Assembly (NCBI GenBank): GCA_034188985.1
Contig: JAXHVT010000032.1
Span: forward strand, 1-36,848
Length of the DNA: 36,848 nucleotides
Direction of reading: 5' to 3'
Source of the DNA: Actinomycetota bacterium
GTDB taxonomy: Bacteria > Actinomycetota > Geothermincolia > Geothermincolales > RBG-13-55-18
Part shown: piece after piece, positions 18,018-28,108 of the stretch
How the letters are laid out: each line of letters opens with the position of its first letter
Position numbering within the stretch: position 1 is the first letter of the stretch
Made by a program: the position numbers and the translations under genes
Notes under the pieces: model-generated
What the model saw: the letters and a program-made list of their open reading frames with translations, nothing else
What the model was told of the DNA's origin: nothing
Database searches by the model: none

Positions 18018-19006
18018 TTAGGTCCTGTCAAGGACCATCTCGGCCAGCTTGCCTGAGGTGGGATGAGAGGTCTCGATATCCCAACCCCTCTCGTCGTAGT
18101 ACTCGTCCAGCTCCAGCTGCAGGCCCTCCTCCCCCAGCTCCCGGCGATGGTAGTAGTCGGAGAGCACCTTCTCACCATCCGGAGTCACCTTGGTCTCCAG
18201 CCAGAGCTGGGGCATACGGTTGTCCTCCCGCCCGAAACCCGCCTTACAGTTGATCAGTTTGAACAGGTTATGCCCGCGCTCCCCGCACAGCTTGAGGTCG
18301 GCGGCGCCGGTCTCCTACCCGGTGGTGGCGGATAGATACGGGCCAGGTTCTCCATGTGCACCGGCAGGTTTATCAGGGGATAGAGGACGCGGGCCTCCAG
18401 GCTGTCCATGACCATCCCGACATCCTGGATGTGGCTGGTCATCCTGCCCACCCTCATATCGCCGCCTGAGAAAATCCTCTCGGCGTCCTGCGGCGAGGCT
18501 CCGGTCTTCAAGAATGCCTCGCACAGCGTCTCGTAGTTGACCTCGGGGGCGGATATCACCCAGTGACACTGGGGATGGTGGGAGCCCCTCGGATTGACCA
18601 TCTGGTGGAAGGACCTGACATCCAGGCCGGTGTCGCGCATGTCGTAGAAGCAGAGCGCCCCCTTTTCCAGCCCCATGAAGACCTCCAGGTCGAATCCCGG
18701 GACCGCCTCGGCCAGCTTGAGCCATCCCTGCGCCGCCGCCTCGCCGATGCCCCGGCGCTCGCAGATGAGGTCGATAAGAGCGGCGTACTTCTCCTCCTGC
18801 CGCCCGATATCCACCCCCGGCGTATCCTCCTGGCTCAACAGCTCCAGGTCGTGGGCCACGGACATGAGGAAGGTGGAGCCTATTCCGGCCAGACCCACCA
18901 GGCCGGCGCGGTTGCGGATATCCATGAGATAGGCCATCTTGGGCCATTTCTTTATATCCAGGTACTGGGCCAGGCAGACGATGTCCAGGAGATGTCCCGT
19001 CTCCAT
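18018..19006 (-). pseudogene. hypothetical gene apparently split by a frameshift (18254-19006 plus 18018-18215)
   Basis: The 250-aa ORF degrades into a Pro-rich out-of-frame tail (..RIYPPPPGRRPAPP..). A plausible continuation (MPQLWLETKVTPDGEK...) lies in another frame immediately downstream. No family recognised. Confidence 0.35.
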
Positions 19007-19309
19007 CCTCTGGCCTTTTCTCTCGCCCCCCCAACCTCGTAGCCTATCTTGCAGCCCAGGGAGCAGCCGCTGCAGGCGCTGGAGGAAGCCCTCCCCTCAT
19101 GGCCACCTCCGGCCCGTAGAGGCGGGCTCATTCCTCCTTGGACATAAAGTTATCCTTATTTCGTATCCAAGGAAATCGGGTGCACTATAACAGGATGAAG
19201 GATTCTACTGTCAATATGTTCCTTTTTGATTCAAATAAGACATTCAAACATTTTTCTGACTTTACGCAATTCATTATTGGTGGAGAACTCGATATTCGAG
19301 ATGTGGCTC

Positions 19310-20236
19310 CTATTCCCAGGTCTCACCCCGGTTGTCTACTAAGCGGAAGGTGATCGATCCGTTCGTCTTCTTGCACTCGATATCGAATACCAGGACCTCG
19401 GGTAGCTCATCGGGCCTGTCTTTGTCTAGTTCATCGGGGGTACCGGTAATCGTGGAGACGACCTCGTCGATCTGGCAGGTTCCCTCTTCATAGAAAACGA
19501 TGACAAAGCCGCCCTCGGGATACATCTCCAACGTATAATGGTTTTGCGCCTCGTTGATATACAGCTCGTAGATATAATGAGGGTCGAATGATGCACGGCA
19601 GCGGTACCATCCACCGAGCCCCTCGAAGCTGTCAGCCGTCTGGCCATCTTCGATGTCGCTTAAAAGCCTGGTATCCTCGCCCTTATACCATGCATACCAA
19701 TCGACCGGCATCTCCTCCGCGTCCGGGCTTGCCTTGGCGTAATTGTATCCGTTGGCGTAACCGATATCGAAGGTCTCCGTGTAACCCGCTTTGTAGTGTT
19801 TATTGTAGAAATCTTGGTATTGGTAACCGCCGGGATCTTGTTCTTTCCCATCCAGGCAGTCAAAGTATCCCCTCGAGGCACCGTCGTTGAAGCCGTCCTC
19901 GTAGCCCCTGACGTATTCGCTGTCGGTGGTGTCGATACCCTTGTCACGGTCCGCGATATATCCCCTGTCGTAGCCGTTCAGGTATCCCTTTGAGAATCCC
20001 GCCCGGTAATCCTTGGTAGTATGCCCCTGGGTCACGGGCGGAGTATCGTCACGTTCCAGGCCGCTCTGCCGATCCACCTGCCCCTGCTGGTAGCCCTGGT
20101 CATAGCCCGATTGATATCCGACCTTATAATCGGGGCGGCTTTCATCGATGGGGATATCGCTGTTGGGGCAACCGCACAAAAAGAGGGGCAGGGCCACCAG
20201 CAAGGCCAGCAGCGATACCGCGAATGCTCTCCTCAT
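19310..20236 (-). CDS. secreted lipoprotein with Gly/Tyr-rich short repeats (GY-repeat family, paralog A)
   Basis: Signal peptide plus LFLCGC. Repeats of the form GYQSGYDQGYQQG, KGYLNGYDRGY, RGYEDGFNDG, IGYANGYNY. Conserved C-terminal domain FDPHYIYELYI...VFYEEGTCQIDE...DRPDELP... shared with 21558-22301. Confidence 0.65.
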   Translation of the reverse strand: MRRAFAVSLLALLVALPLFLCGCPNSDIPIDESRPDYKVGYQSGYDQGYQQGQVDRQSGLERDDTPPVTQGHTTKDYRAGFSKGYLNGYDRGYIADRDKGIDTTDSEYVRGYEDGFNDGASRGYFDCLDGKEQDPGGYQYQDFYNKHYKAGYTETFDIGYANGYNYAKASPDAEEMPVDWYAWYKGEDTRLLSDIEDGQTADSFEGLGGWYRCRASFDPHYIYELYINEAQNHYTLEMYPEGGFVIVFYEEGTCQIDEVVSTITGTPDELDKDRPDELPEVLVFDIECKKTNGSITFRLVDNRGETWE

Positions 20237-20292
20237 CTCCCGCCCCCTTGTTTCAGCCCGTTATGGAGAAGACAACTCCGGCGTCCCGCCCG

Positions 20293-20676
20293 CTATGTGT
20301 TCTGGCCGTCCTCGTAGCCGTGGTCGTAGCCTTCCTTATATCCATACATGTAACCATCGATGTAGAGCGCGTTGCTCTCGCCTATCTCGCTCGGTTGATC
20401 GTTATACTCCCCCATCATGCCGTCATCGAATCCGGCCCAGTAGCCCGCCTCGTAACCCTCTCTGCATCCCACGTCCCAGTCGGTCGGGGTTATCTCCTCC
20501 TCTGGCTCCGGGATGCGATAGGGACTGTAATTCGGTCCGGGCTGCTTGCTTTGCTCACTAATCGGTTTGTTGATGACGTTCGTATCACTGGACGGCTGAT
20601 CGCTACCGCAACCACACACGCAGAGAATAGACAACAGGAAAAGCGCCAATACCATCACCGTTATGCTTTTCTTCAT
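20293..20676 (-). CDS. short lipoprotein of the same GY-repeat family (paralog B)
   Basis: Signal peptide plus ILCVCGCG, then EGYEAGYWAGFDDG and DGYMYGYKEGYDHGYEDG repeats. 127 aa. Confidence 0.6.
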   Translation of the reverse strand: MKKSITVMVLALFLLSILCVCGCGSDQPSSDTNVINKPISEQSKQPGPNYSPYRIPEPEEEITPTDWDVGCREGYEAGYWAGFDDGMMGEYNDQPSEIGESNALYIDGYMYGYKEGYDHGYEDGQNT

Positions 20677-20860
20677 TTCTCCCCCTTCGAGTCGGAATCA
20701 GACATCCGGGACTTCTTACATTATAGATTAGATTCTGAAACGCGGCATTTCATGCGGGATGTTGCCCATTGAACGGTTCGCTCGGCTACAACGGCTCAGT
20801 AGTAACGGTATATACGGCTCGAACCACGTATCATCCACATCCAAAAAGAATTGATATGCG

Positions 20861-21460
20861 GTGGCGGAAACCTCATACTTACGTTTAAGGGTTGAGCCTG
20901 TGAGAGAAGGGGTAGATGGGATGGATAATAACGGTAGCAGGGTGCCGGAGGGACTAGCCTCCCGCTGGGACGATCCCAAGATATCGTGGACGCTCGTTAT
21001 CCTCACCTATATCATAGGCGGAGCCGGCATAGCGTTGGGCATCTACGGCTACGCCGATGACGGTGCGGTCCAGGGCATTCACTACGCCGTCCCGCTTATG
21101 GTCGGAGCGGTGGGGGTACTATCCTTCGTACGCCACTCGGTATTTCGGGGAAGCGACGCGAGGCGCATGGGGACGACCTCGGGCGATCCCTACTTCCAGC
21201 TGGAGGTCGGTTTCGCCAACGGCGGCATCGGTCTTCTGGCGCTGATCGCTTTCTTCCTCGATTGGGGCGTGGCGGCGGAGGCCTCCCTTACCCTCGCCTA
21301 CGCCTCCTACCTGGCCATGGGTTTTCTTCTGTTCACCGCCGATAAGGTAAAATCGGGCGGTATCGACGGAGGAATAATCATGCGAGCCGGTTTCTGGCTG
21401 CTGCAGGTAGGCTTCATGTTCTTCTTTGGCATAGCGGCGGCTGTCTCCGCTGGCCTCTAG
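20861..21460 (+). CDS. integral membrane protein (about 4 TM), hypothetical
   Basis: Hydrophobic helices (WTLVILTYIIGGAGIALGIYGY..., LLALIAFFLDW..., AGFWLLQVGFMFFFGIAAAV). Start may be the internal ATG near 20921. Confidence 0.5.
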   Translation: MAETSYLRLRVEPVREGVDGMDNNGSRVPEGLASRWDDPKISWTLVILTYIIGGAGIALGIYGYADDGAVQGIHYAVPLMVGAVGVLSFVRHSVFRGSDARRMGTTSGDPYFQLEVGFANGGIGLLALIAFFLDWGVAAEASLTLAYASYLAMGFLLFTADKVKSGGIDGGIIMRAGFWLLQVGFMFFFGIAAAVSAGL

Positions 21461-21557
21461 TACCCGGGACGGGTAGGCGGCACAGGTCGTCGCGGATCGG
21501 CTACCTGACAGCGACCCCCCCGCTTCAGCCGGATACCGGGGCCGGTTGCTACTTACC

Positions 21558-22301
21558 TCACTCCCAGACCTTGCCGTCCTCGTCTACCAGCATAATCCAG
21601 TAGGAGCCGTTGTTGTTATCGTACTCTACCCTGAAGGTGGGGCAAGTGGGAAGCTCGTCGGGTCTTTTCTCGTGCAGCTTCTTGGGTGTCAAGGTTAGGT
21701 TCTTACCGCCGGCGTCCACCTCGCATGTCCCTTCCTCCTGGAACACCACCACGTATCCGCCTTTGGGCACCATATCCATTTTGTACGTGGTATGGTTGTC
21801 CTGGATATACAAGCTGTAGGTATAATGGGGATCGAATCCCGCATCGCATTGATAGAACCCGTCCAGGTCGTCGAGCACCGTTTTCGCGCCCTCCCCGTCC
21901 TGGTCTTCATCGTCGCCCTCCCACCATTCCTTCCGGCTCTCGCCGCCTACGGAAGTATCGGATGGAACGTCCGTGACCTGTCCTTTGGATAAGTCAACCT
22001 CGTTGAATCCCCGCATGTAGCCATCGCGGTAACCATAAGCGTAACCGGCGTTGTAACTATCGCTGTGTACTTTATCGCTGCCTGGCGGGGTGCTGTTGTA
22101 ATCGAGGCCGTTATAGGCATCAAGCCTCCCCTGATCGTAACCGTTTATATCTCCAGCCTTCTCCCCCTGTTGGAAATCGGGGTGATTGACATCGTAGTTC
22201 CCGTAATCGGCACCGCTTCCCGATTTCTCCCCGCATGCGCACATACACGCGGGTAACAGGAGCAGGAAGACGAGCAGAAGAACCGGCGTCATCCTTCTCA
22301 T
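21558..22301 (-). CDS. secreted lipoprotein, GY-repeat family (paralog C)
   Basis: Signal peptide plus LPACMCACG. NGYDQG, AGYAYGYRDGYMRGF repeats. C-terminal FDPHYTYSLYIQ...VVFQEEGTCEVD...KRPDELP...LVDEDGKVWE, clearly alignable to the C-terminus of paralog A. Confidence 0.65.
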   Translation of the reverse strand: MRRMTPVLLLVFLLLLPACMCACGEKSGSGADYGNYDVNHPDFQQGEKAGDINGYDQGRLDAYNGLDYNSTPPGSDKVHSDSYNAGYAYGYRDGYMRGFNEVDLSKGQVTDVPSDTSVGGESRKEWWEGDDEDQDGEGAKTVLDDLDGFYQCDAGFDPHYTYSLYIQDNHTTYKMDMVPKGGYVVVFQEEGTCEVDAGGKNLTLTPKKLHEKRPDELPTCPTFRVEYDNNNGSYWIMLVDEDGKVWE

Positions 22302-22688
22302 ATCAAGCTCCTCCCCTTACGATCCTGCGCCGTGACATATAACCTTATCACGATTATAGCCTTTTCCCGCCACCGGGATTGAATTGCCGGCGGGTATAAA
22401 CGAGCGCGGCCCGTATGCCGGTCTGCCGTATACCCGCATTATAAAACCGCATTGTGACCGACCCGACCGCCGCTCGATCACTATGGACCTACCCTCAAGG
22501 TACATATCGATTCAAGGATCATCAACGAGCTGCCGACGGGAAAACAAACGCTGGCGCGGCATTTAACGTTCCGAGAACGCAGCCCGTTATGGTGGGAATA
22601 CCTTGGAAGCTGAAAAAGCATCGGCAAACTGCTGACGGTCAAACGCAAATACACAGAGATCTGGTACTGGGGTTACCTGCTCCAGGGG

Positions 22689-23835
22689 TTGGTAGTGCTG
22701 GGCCTGGCGCCCATCCTCCTGCCGCTCCTGGTGGAATCCGCTGGTCTGGAGAACGTGGGGCTGGTCGTCGCCGCCCTTTACATCGGCCAGGTTCTCTCAC
22801 CAGTGCTGGGCAACCTCGCCGACCGAACGTGGCGGTATAACCTCTTATATCTCGCGGGTTACGCCCTGCTGGCCGCTGGGTGCAGCGGTTTCGCCCTCTC
22901 CAACATGACCTTGCTGTGGGCGATATTCGCTTTCGTTATGGGCACCGGGGTAGGCGCCAGCAACACCGTCTCCTACAGCTACATCGTGGAGTTCCACCCC
23001 CGGAAGGAATGGGACGAGCGGCTGGGCTGGCTGCAGACCTTCTACGGCACGGGACAGTCCATGGGCCTGATGGTGGCGGCTTATAGTGCAGGCGCACGCA
23101 TCCTTCGGGATGTGGCTGACAGCAGGATTCATGATGCCCGGCGTAATCCTCGGGAGTAAACATCTACCCAAAGCTTCAGGTAAATAACCTCACACCAAGC
23201 GCAGACCCGCCCTGACCCACAACATCGCAACTATGGGGCCGGGCCGCACACCGATCTCCCTACTCAGGTACTACGAGCACCTCTCGGCAGGTAAACTGAT
23301 GGAGGTGGGAACGGAATAGCGGGGCCTGTTCAGGCTGTAACTGGCCAGCTGGTTCTTGCTCATGTTGGGTACCTGGATCGTTTACAACCTCTATCCCCTG
23401 CTCATGAAACACACCTGTGGAATAGATACGGGCAAGTCCTCCCTCTATTACGCCATCGCCGCCGTTATCGGCATCTTCTTCTGCGCGCTCTCGGGAACCT
23501 GGTCGACCAAATGGGAAGCGGATAAGGTGGCCCTCCTGGGGGCGTTGATGACCCTCTTCTCCATCGCCGGAATGGCGCTTCCGATACCCGCAGGCTCCGG
23601 ACTGCACGGGTTGCTGGTGCCGCTGATTTTCTTAATGCTGCCAGTGGCCTGGTCACCGTTGATAGTCGCCGGCACCGCCCTGGCCGGTGATTTGACCACC
23701 ATCCCACAGGGAACGGCCATGGGCCTCTTCAATGCCTGCACCGCCCCGGCTTGCGTGCTGGCGGCCATCCTGACGGTTATCGCCTTATTTATTTACCTGC
23801 CCATCCTCCTGCGCCATAAGAAAAGCACCTCCTGA
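22689..23835 (+). pseudogene. MFS-type transporter with disrupted reading frame (at least two frame changes)
   Basis: The N-terminal half (22689-23159) and C-terminal half (23356-23835) both read as MFS-like TM bundles. Between them the hydrophobic continuation (..HASFGMWLTAGFMMPGVILG..) is in a different frame. A TGA at ~22603 interrupts the best N-terminal extension. Confidence 0.5.
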
Positions 23836-24013
23836 CCAGGTCGGGTTTCACCATCGAGGATCAAACGCATCGCTTCGTCGGGGTCGGCCTCGAGGATTCT
23901 ATAACCACGATAACGGGGCGAACGACGCGGACTGACAGGTTGATTGACGTCTTCCGATACCTCTCTCGCTATCATCCCGGCACGAGTCCCGCCGCCCGGC
24001 TGCGCATCGACCC

Positions 24014-24493
24014 CTACTTGGCGGCATTATAGGGCTTGACGTTGGACTTCTTTCTCATCGGATCCGTATACATCGCTTTAGAATCCTGAAAACTCTCGGT
24101 TACCTGCTCCAGGCGTTCCTCCTCCTGGATAACATACAAAGCGTAGAGTTTCATCGGGGTATCCTCGAGATAGCGGCACGCACCTTCCCACCCATAGCGG
24201 CTTCTACCCATCTTCTCGTACAATTCCTGCGGCATATCTCCGAGGAGCAAGGAAAGATGCCGTCCCTTGAATCCCCTCTCGTTCAAGGTCTTGTCCTCGA
24301 CGGTGAACCTATTGAAAGGCGTGTCCAGCAAGCGGATTACCAAGGGCGGGAAATCGACCTCCCTCTGCTCCAGCATAGACCCCAGCTTCATGGCAAAGAA
24401 GCTCTTTCGCGTGCCTCCATCTCCCTTTTTAAGCGCCTCCTCTCTTGGAACGGCTCCCTTTGCCGCGCCGGTGTCGCCCGCCTTCATCCTCCC
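24014..24493 (-). CDS. hypothetical protein (start probably MKAGDTG...)
   Basis: Contains SFFAMKLGSMLE...LLDTPFNRFTVED, a block also present in the adjacent small ORF 24588-24785. The 5' part of the ORF-track entry looks like out-of-frame read-through. Confidence 0.35.
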   Translation of the reverse strand, partial: GRMKAGDTGAAKGAVPREEALKKGDGGTRKSFFAMKLGSMLEQREVDFPPLVIRLLDTPFNRFTVEDKTLNERGFKGRHLSLLLGDMPQELYEKMGRSRYGWEGACRYLEDTPMKLYALYVIQEEERLEQVTESFQDSKAMYTDPMRKKSNVKPYNAAK

Positions 24494-24587
24494 CGGCCAG
24501 AAAGGAAACGCAGCGTTTGATGAGGGTATCCTTGATGATATGATACATGGCCTTCCAGCTGTGCCGTCCGCTCTTGGGCGTTTCGTC

Positions 24588-24785
24588 TTATATCGTCCGC
24601 AGCAGTCGACAGAAAACCTTGTCCAACTGGTGGCCTTGCATCTGGTCCTGATATTGTCTGTTCTCCTCCTGGGTGAAGGCATCGAAGGGCTTGTCTAGCA
24701 GGGTCAGTATGGAATCCGGTACACTCGCTCCATCGGCTTCCAGCCTGCCCACAAGCATCTTGGTAAAGAAGCTCGTCGTCGCCAT
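24588..24785 (-). CDS. small hypothetical protein, tandem paralog of the N-terminal module of 24014-24493
   Basis: MATTSFFTKMLVGRLE...LLDKPFDAFTQEE parallels SFFAMKLGSMLE...LLDTPFNRFTVED in the next gene. Confidence 0.3.
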   Translation of the reverse strand: MATTSFFTKMLVGRLEADGASVPDSILTLLDKPFDAFTQEENRQYQDQMQGHQLDKVFCRLLRTI

Positions 24786-24857
24786 AGCCTTATCCCCTGA
24801 TACTGTGATGCCCAGAATATGGTCCCTATAATATAATTCGGTTTTTCGATGGAATAG

Positions 24858-25799
24858 TTGATATCCGGCCGCCCCACCGGATTCGCCTCCCTGGTACCGT
24901 CAGCGTTTCATGATTATACTATGGGCATGTTCGAGCAGGTGATTGGCGATCTCCATCAAGGTATGCGTATGGGCATGGCCTGGTCGCGGGCATACGCTTC
25001 CTACAGGCTGTGGCTGCATCGCGCGCGACCTCCGGGTGGAGCGGGCCGCTGCGAGGCCGACGATATCGACGTCTATTACCTCAGCTACGGCCGCGGAGAA
25101 CCGGTGCTCATGCTCCATGGAGGCTTCATGTTCGCTGAGACCTGGGCGGCGCAGATACCCGCCCTAGCCCGTGGATACCAGGCTGTGGCCACCGATGCCC
25201 GAGGGCACGGCCGCACGACTTTGGGAAGCCTTCCCATCACTTACCGGCAGCTGGCGGAGGACGCGTCCGCGTTTATCGAACATCTGGGCCTGGGTCCGGT
25301 ACACCTCATAGGATGGAGTGACGGGGGCTGCGCCGGCTTGGCCATGGCCATCGAGCGGCCCGACCTGGTGAGAAGCATGGTGCTGCTGGGCACCCCCTTC
25401 AACACCCACAACTACACGCCCGAAGCGAAACGTGGACTGGAGAGAATACTGCGGCCGCGTTCGCTGTCCATGCTGGGCCTGCGGGCCCTGCGGCGAGTGA
25501 TGACGCCGGAGCCGGAAAAGGGCCTGCAATTCGTGGCCGAGATGAGCAAGATGTGGCTTAATTTGCCCGATTTCACGCTTTATGACCTGCGCCGTATAGA
25601 AGCGCCCACGCTGGTCATCGGCTGCGATCGCGACGAATACCTCTCTCTAACCGAGGATCCGCTGGAGATATTCAAGCAAACCGCCAATGCCATCCCCAGG
25701 GCCAAGCTGGCGACCGTGAAGGGGGGAACTCATAGCGTGAGTATAGAGCGCCCCGGGCCCGTCAACCGGTTGATACAGGACTTCTTGAGCGGGAACTGA
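24858..25799 (+). CDS. alpha/beta-fold hydrolase
   Basis: PVLMLHGGF (oxyanion HGG), nucleophile elbow GWSDGG, and a C-terminal His region. Start likely an internal Met (MGMFEQV...). Confidence 0.8.
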   Translation: MISGRPTGFASLVPSAFHDYTMGMFEQVIGDLHQGMRMGMAWSRAYASYRLWLHRARPPGGAGRCEADDIDVYYLSYGRGEPVLMLHGGFMFAETWAAQIPALARGYQAVATDARGHGRTTLGSLPITYRQLAEDASAFIEHLGLGPVHLIGWSDGGCAGLAMAIERPDLVRSMVLLGTPFNTHNYTPEAKRGLERILRPRSLSMLGLRALRRVMTPEPEKGLQFVAEMSKMWLNLPDFTLYDLRRIEAPTLVIGCDRDEYLSLTEDPLEIFKQTANAIPRAKLATVKGGTHSVSIERPGPVNRLIQDFLSGN

Positions 25800-25836
25800 C
25801 GGCATGGCGTAACGGATAGCCGATCTCATCCGCGAG

Positions 25837-25914
25837 AATGTCAGATGCCGGTGCCTTACCCCATCTTCTGACCTGCGAAATGTCCGATGTCAGTGCCTGA
25901 CCCCATCTTCTGAC
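25837..25914. repeat. two tandem ~36-bp direct-repeat units (AATGTCnGATG..TGCCTnnCCCCATCTTCTGAC) in a convergent intergenic gap
   Basis: Read directly: AATGTCAGATGCCGGTGCCTTACCCCATCTTCTGAC followed by AATGTCCGATGTCAGTGCCTGACCCCATCTTCTGAC. A third copy lies at 36119. Confidence 0.5.
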
Positions 25915-25923
25915 GCTTTGGTG

Positions 25924-26400
25924 TCAGGCTCTCGTCTCGAGCGAGGATAGCATCTCGTAGTGGTAGGGTTCCTCACCCCGGTAGAGATAACGCCCGTGCC
26001 TGACCAGGAAGCCCCTATCCTCCACCTTATCCCTGACCTTCTGGTCCAGTTCGTCCAGCCTGGCACAGGACTCCATCCAACTCTTCTGCGGGGCCGTGTC
26101 TCCCGGCATAGGCGCCGTCTCCAGCTTGGCCTGGTAGATGCTACCATCGAAAATGGTAGTGACATAGACCTGGCCATAGAACAGGCTGCCGCCACCGTTG
26201 CTCTTCTGCTTGGCCACGGGAAACACGCGGACTATCTTGCCCTGAGGGGATAATATGCGGCCGTTGTAGGTCTCCTCGAGTTCATCGAGAAAAACGTCGA
26301 GGCCTCCACCGAAATCAACTACTACTCCCATGCGCTCCAGCTCCTTTTGCGTTCTTTTGCAAGCAAAGCACTTTGTATAATAAACGGCGTCTTCCCCCAA
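25924..26400 (-). CDS. hypothetical protein, 158 aa
   Basis: ORF with ordinary composition. No family recognised (..YYTKCFACKRTQKELERMG..). Confidence 0.45.
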   Translation of the reverse strand: MGEDAVYYTKCFACKRTQKELERMGVVVDFGGGLDVFLDELEETYNGRILSPQGKIVRVFPVAKQKSNGGGSLFYGQVYVTTIFDGSIYQAKLETAPMPGDTAPQKSWMESCARLDELDQKVRDKVEDRGFLVRHGRYLYRGEEPYHYEMLSSLETRA

Positions 26401-26594
26401 ATCTTACGCCGCTCTCCAAGTTTAACGGCGGGTAACAAATAAATCAAACTGTCCAATCAAGGGAAGACCGCCCCTATATCCTCCCCTTCTCCAGTAAGCA
26501 GCGCGCGATCACGTTGTTGACGAAGATCACGAACCTGAGGAAATTGCAGTGCTTGATGGTCATGAACAGGGGGACCTGCGAGCCAGTTCCCAGG

Positions 26595-27636
26595 TCAGTT
26601 TGAGGATATCCCTCTCGCTGCTGCTGTCGAAAAGGAAAGGATCTCCTCGCGCATCAGTTTCAGTCGTTGAATATGGAAGTCGAGGTGTGACAGTATCTGG
26701 TCCCCGCCCTCCTTCACCTCGCCGTGGGCCGGCAGAAACAGATCGACGATGCCCGCCTCCACCACGCTTCTTTTAGTCTCCAGGCTCGACCGGCAATCCC
26801 TGAGGGAGCTGTCCATGAGCACGGGATTCCCGGTCCAGTCGGCGTCGCTTACCAGCACCGCCTTCCTGGCCGGCCACACGAGGGTCACGGAACAGGAGCT
26901 GTGTCCCGGGGTGGGGATGAGAACCTTGTCCCCCAACCTCCATCCCGAGAGCTCCATGCCTCCAAGGCCTGTACTCTCCATCTCCTCCTCATGCAGCGCT
27001 TCAGCGGGGACCGAGCCGTCATGGGGAGCGGGAAAAGTTATGATCCTATCACCGAGAAGACTTTTTTCGCAAGCTGCGGGGCCAGGGCGTCCAGAACGGC
27101 GAAGGGGGCTACCAGCAGCTTGTAGGGCATAAAGAAGGAGCGGTAGACGGCATAATACTCCTTGGTCTGATCTATCATCTTCTCCACGAAAGCCACGGGG
27201 TGGTTCATTACCTCGCCGTCGCGGCTTCCCCTCTCGTGTACCAGGACGTGCGTCTCCTCCACACCCAGAAGGTCGGCAGGTAGAAGTTTTTGGCGTGGTC
27301 GAGATGGGAATGCCCGGCTACGAGGTAGGCCTTCTTCCAACCCGAGCCCTCCCGCCTTTTCCCTGCGATATAGCCCTCTATACCGCGCACGATCTTCCTG
27401 CCGCAGAAGGGGTCGAAGATCACCCCCTCCTCTCCGTTATCCAGAAAATAGGCGTGGCTGACCATGGGTCCAGCATCAGGTTGCGCGAGATATTCCGCTC
27501 GAAGCGAACGATGCCCTCCCTGGCCTCGTGCGAGCCCTTGTCCATCGATAACCCCCCCTTGTTCGCTACCGTAAGCACGGTGCCCGCGTTTTAAATCGGT
27601 GCCCTTTAATACGACCAAACCGGCCCTTCCATGCAA
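26595..27636 (-). pseudogene. metallo-beta-lactamase-fold hydrolase split over three reading frames
   Basis: The HxHxDH motif (AGHSHLDHAKNF) is in ORF 27208-27636. The middle segment is in 27038-27340. A C-terminal MBL-like block (LIPTPGHSSCSVTLVWP...VSDADW) is in 26595-26981. Confidence 0.5.
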
Positions 27637-27651
27637 TCCATGTTCCCCCGC

Positions 27652-28089
27652 TCAGTCACCTATCTCCTTTATGAAAACCAGCCCTTTTCTCTCGTAGCCC
27701 CTGGTCTCGTAGAACCTGTGCGCACTATCCCTGTGCAAGGCGGACTCCACCGTAACAGTCTTGCAAGCGTTTATCCCTGCGATGTCCACCAGGTGTTCCA
27801 GCAACATGCCGCCGATTCCCCGGCCGCGGCATCCCTCGTCGACCACGAATTCATCGATGTTGCCGACATATCCCTGCTGCCACATACTGTTCACGATGGT
27901 CATAGTGCCGAAAGCCACCACCTGATTGCCCTCCACCGCGCAGATGTAATGCTGGTTATCGGAATCCAGGCCCCTTTGGAAGGCCCTGCGCATCCCCTCC
28001 CGGTACAGGTCCCTGTCTGGCCAGAGCTGCTCGAGCAGCCCGATCACCGCAGGGAAGTCCTCCATCGAGCACTCCCTGATTTCCGCCAT
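27652..28089 (-). CDS. GNAT-family N-acetyltransferase
   Basis: VVDEGCRGRGIGGMLLEHLVDIA, the Q/R-x-x-G-x-G/A acetyl-CoA-binding motif. 145 aa. Confidence 0.8.
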   Translation of the reverse strand: MAEIRECSMEDFPAVIGLLEQLWPDRDLYREGMRRAFQRGLDSDNQHYICAVEGNQVVAFGTMTIVNSMWQQGYVGNIDEFVVDEGCRGRGIGGMLLEHLVDIAGINACKTVTVESALHRDSAHRFYETRGYERKGLVFIKEIGD

Positions 28090-28108
28090 GTCTTTCCCCC
28101 GGAGCTTC

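Noticed and set aside
18254-19006. Tried to assign the 250-aa protein to MetE-like or URO-D-like methyltransferase families on the basis of PGVDI and H-x-x-C strings
   Set aside because: Motif order does not match either family as I recall them. Left as hypothetical.
25837-25914. Considered whether the 36-bp tandem repeats are a CRISPR array
   Set aside because: Only two adjacent units with no intervening unique spacers, a third partial copy 10 kb away, and no cas genes in the window. It behaves like a dispersed small repeat, not a CRISPR.
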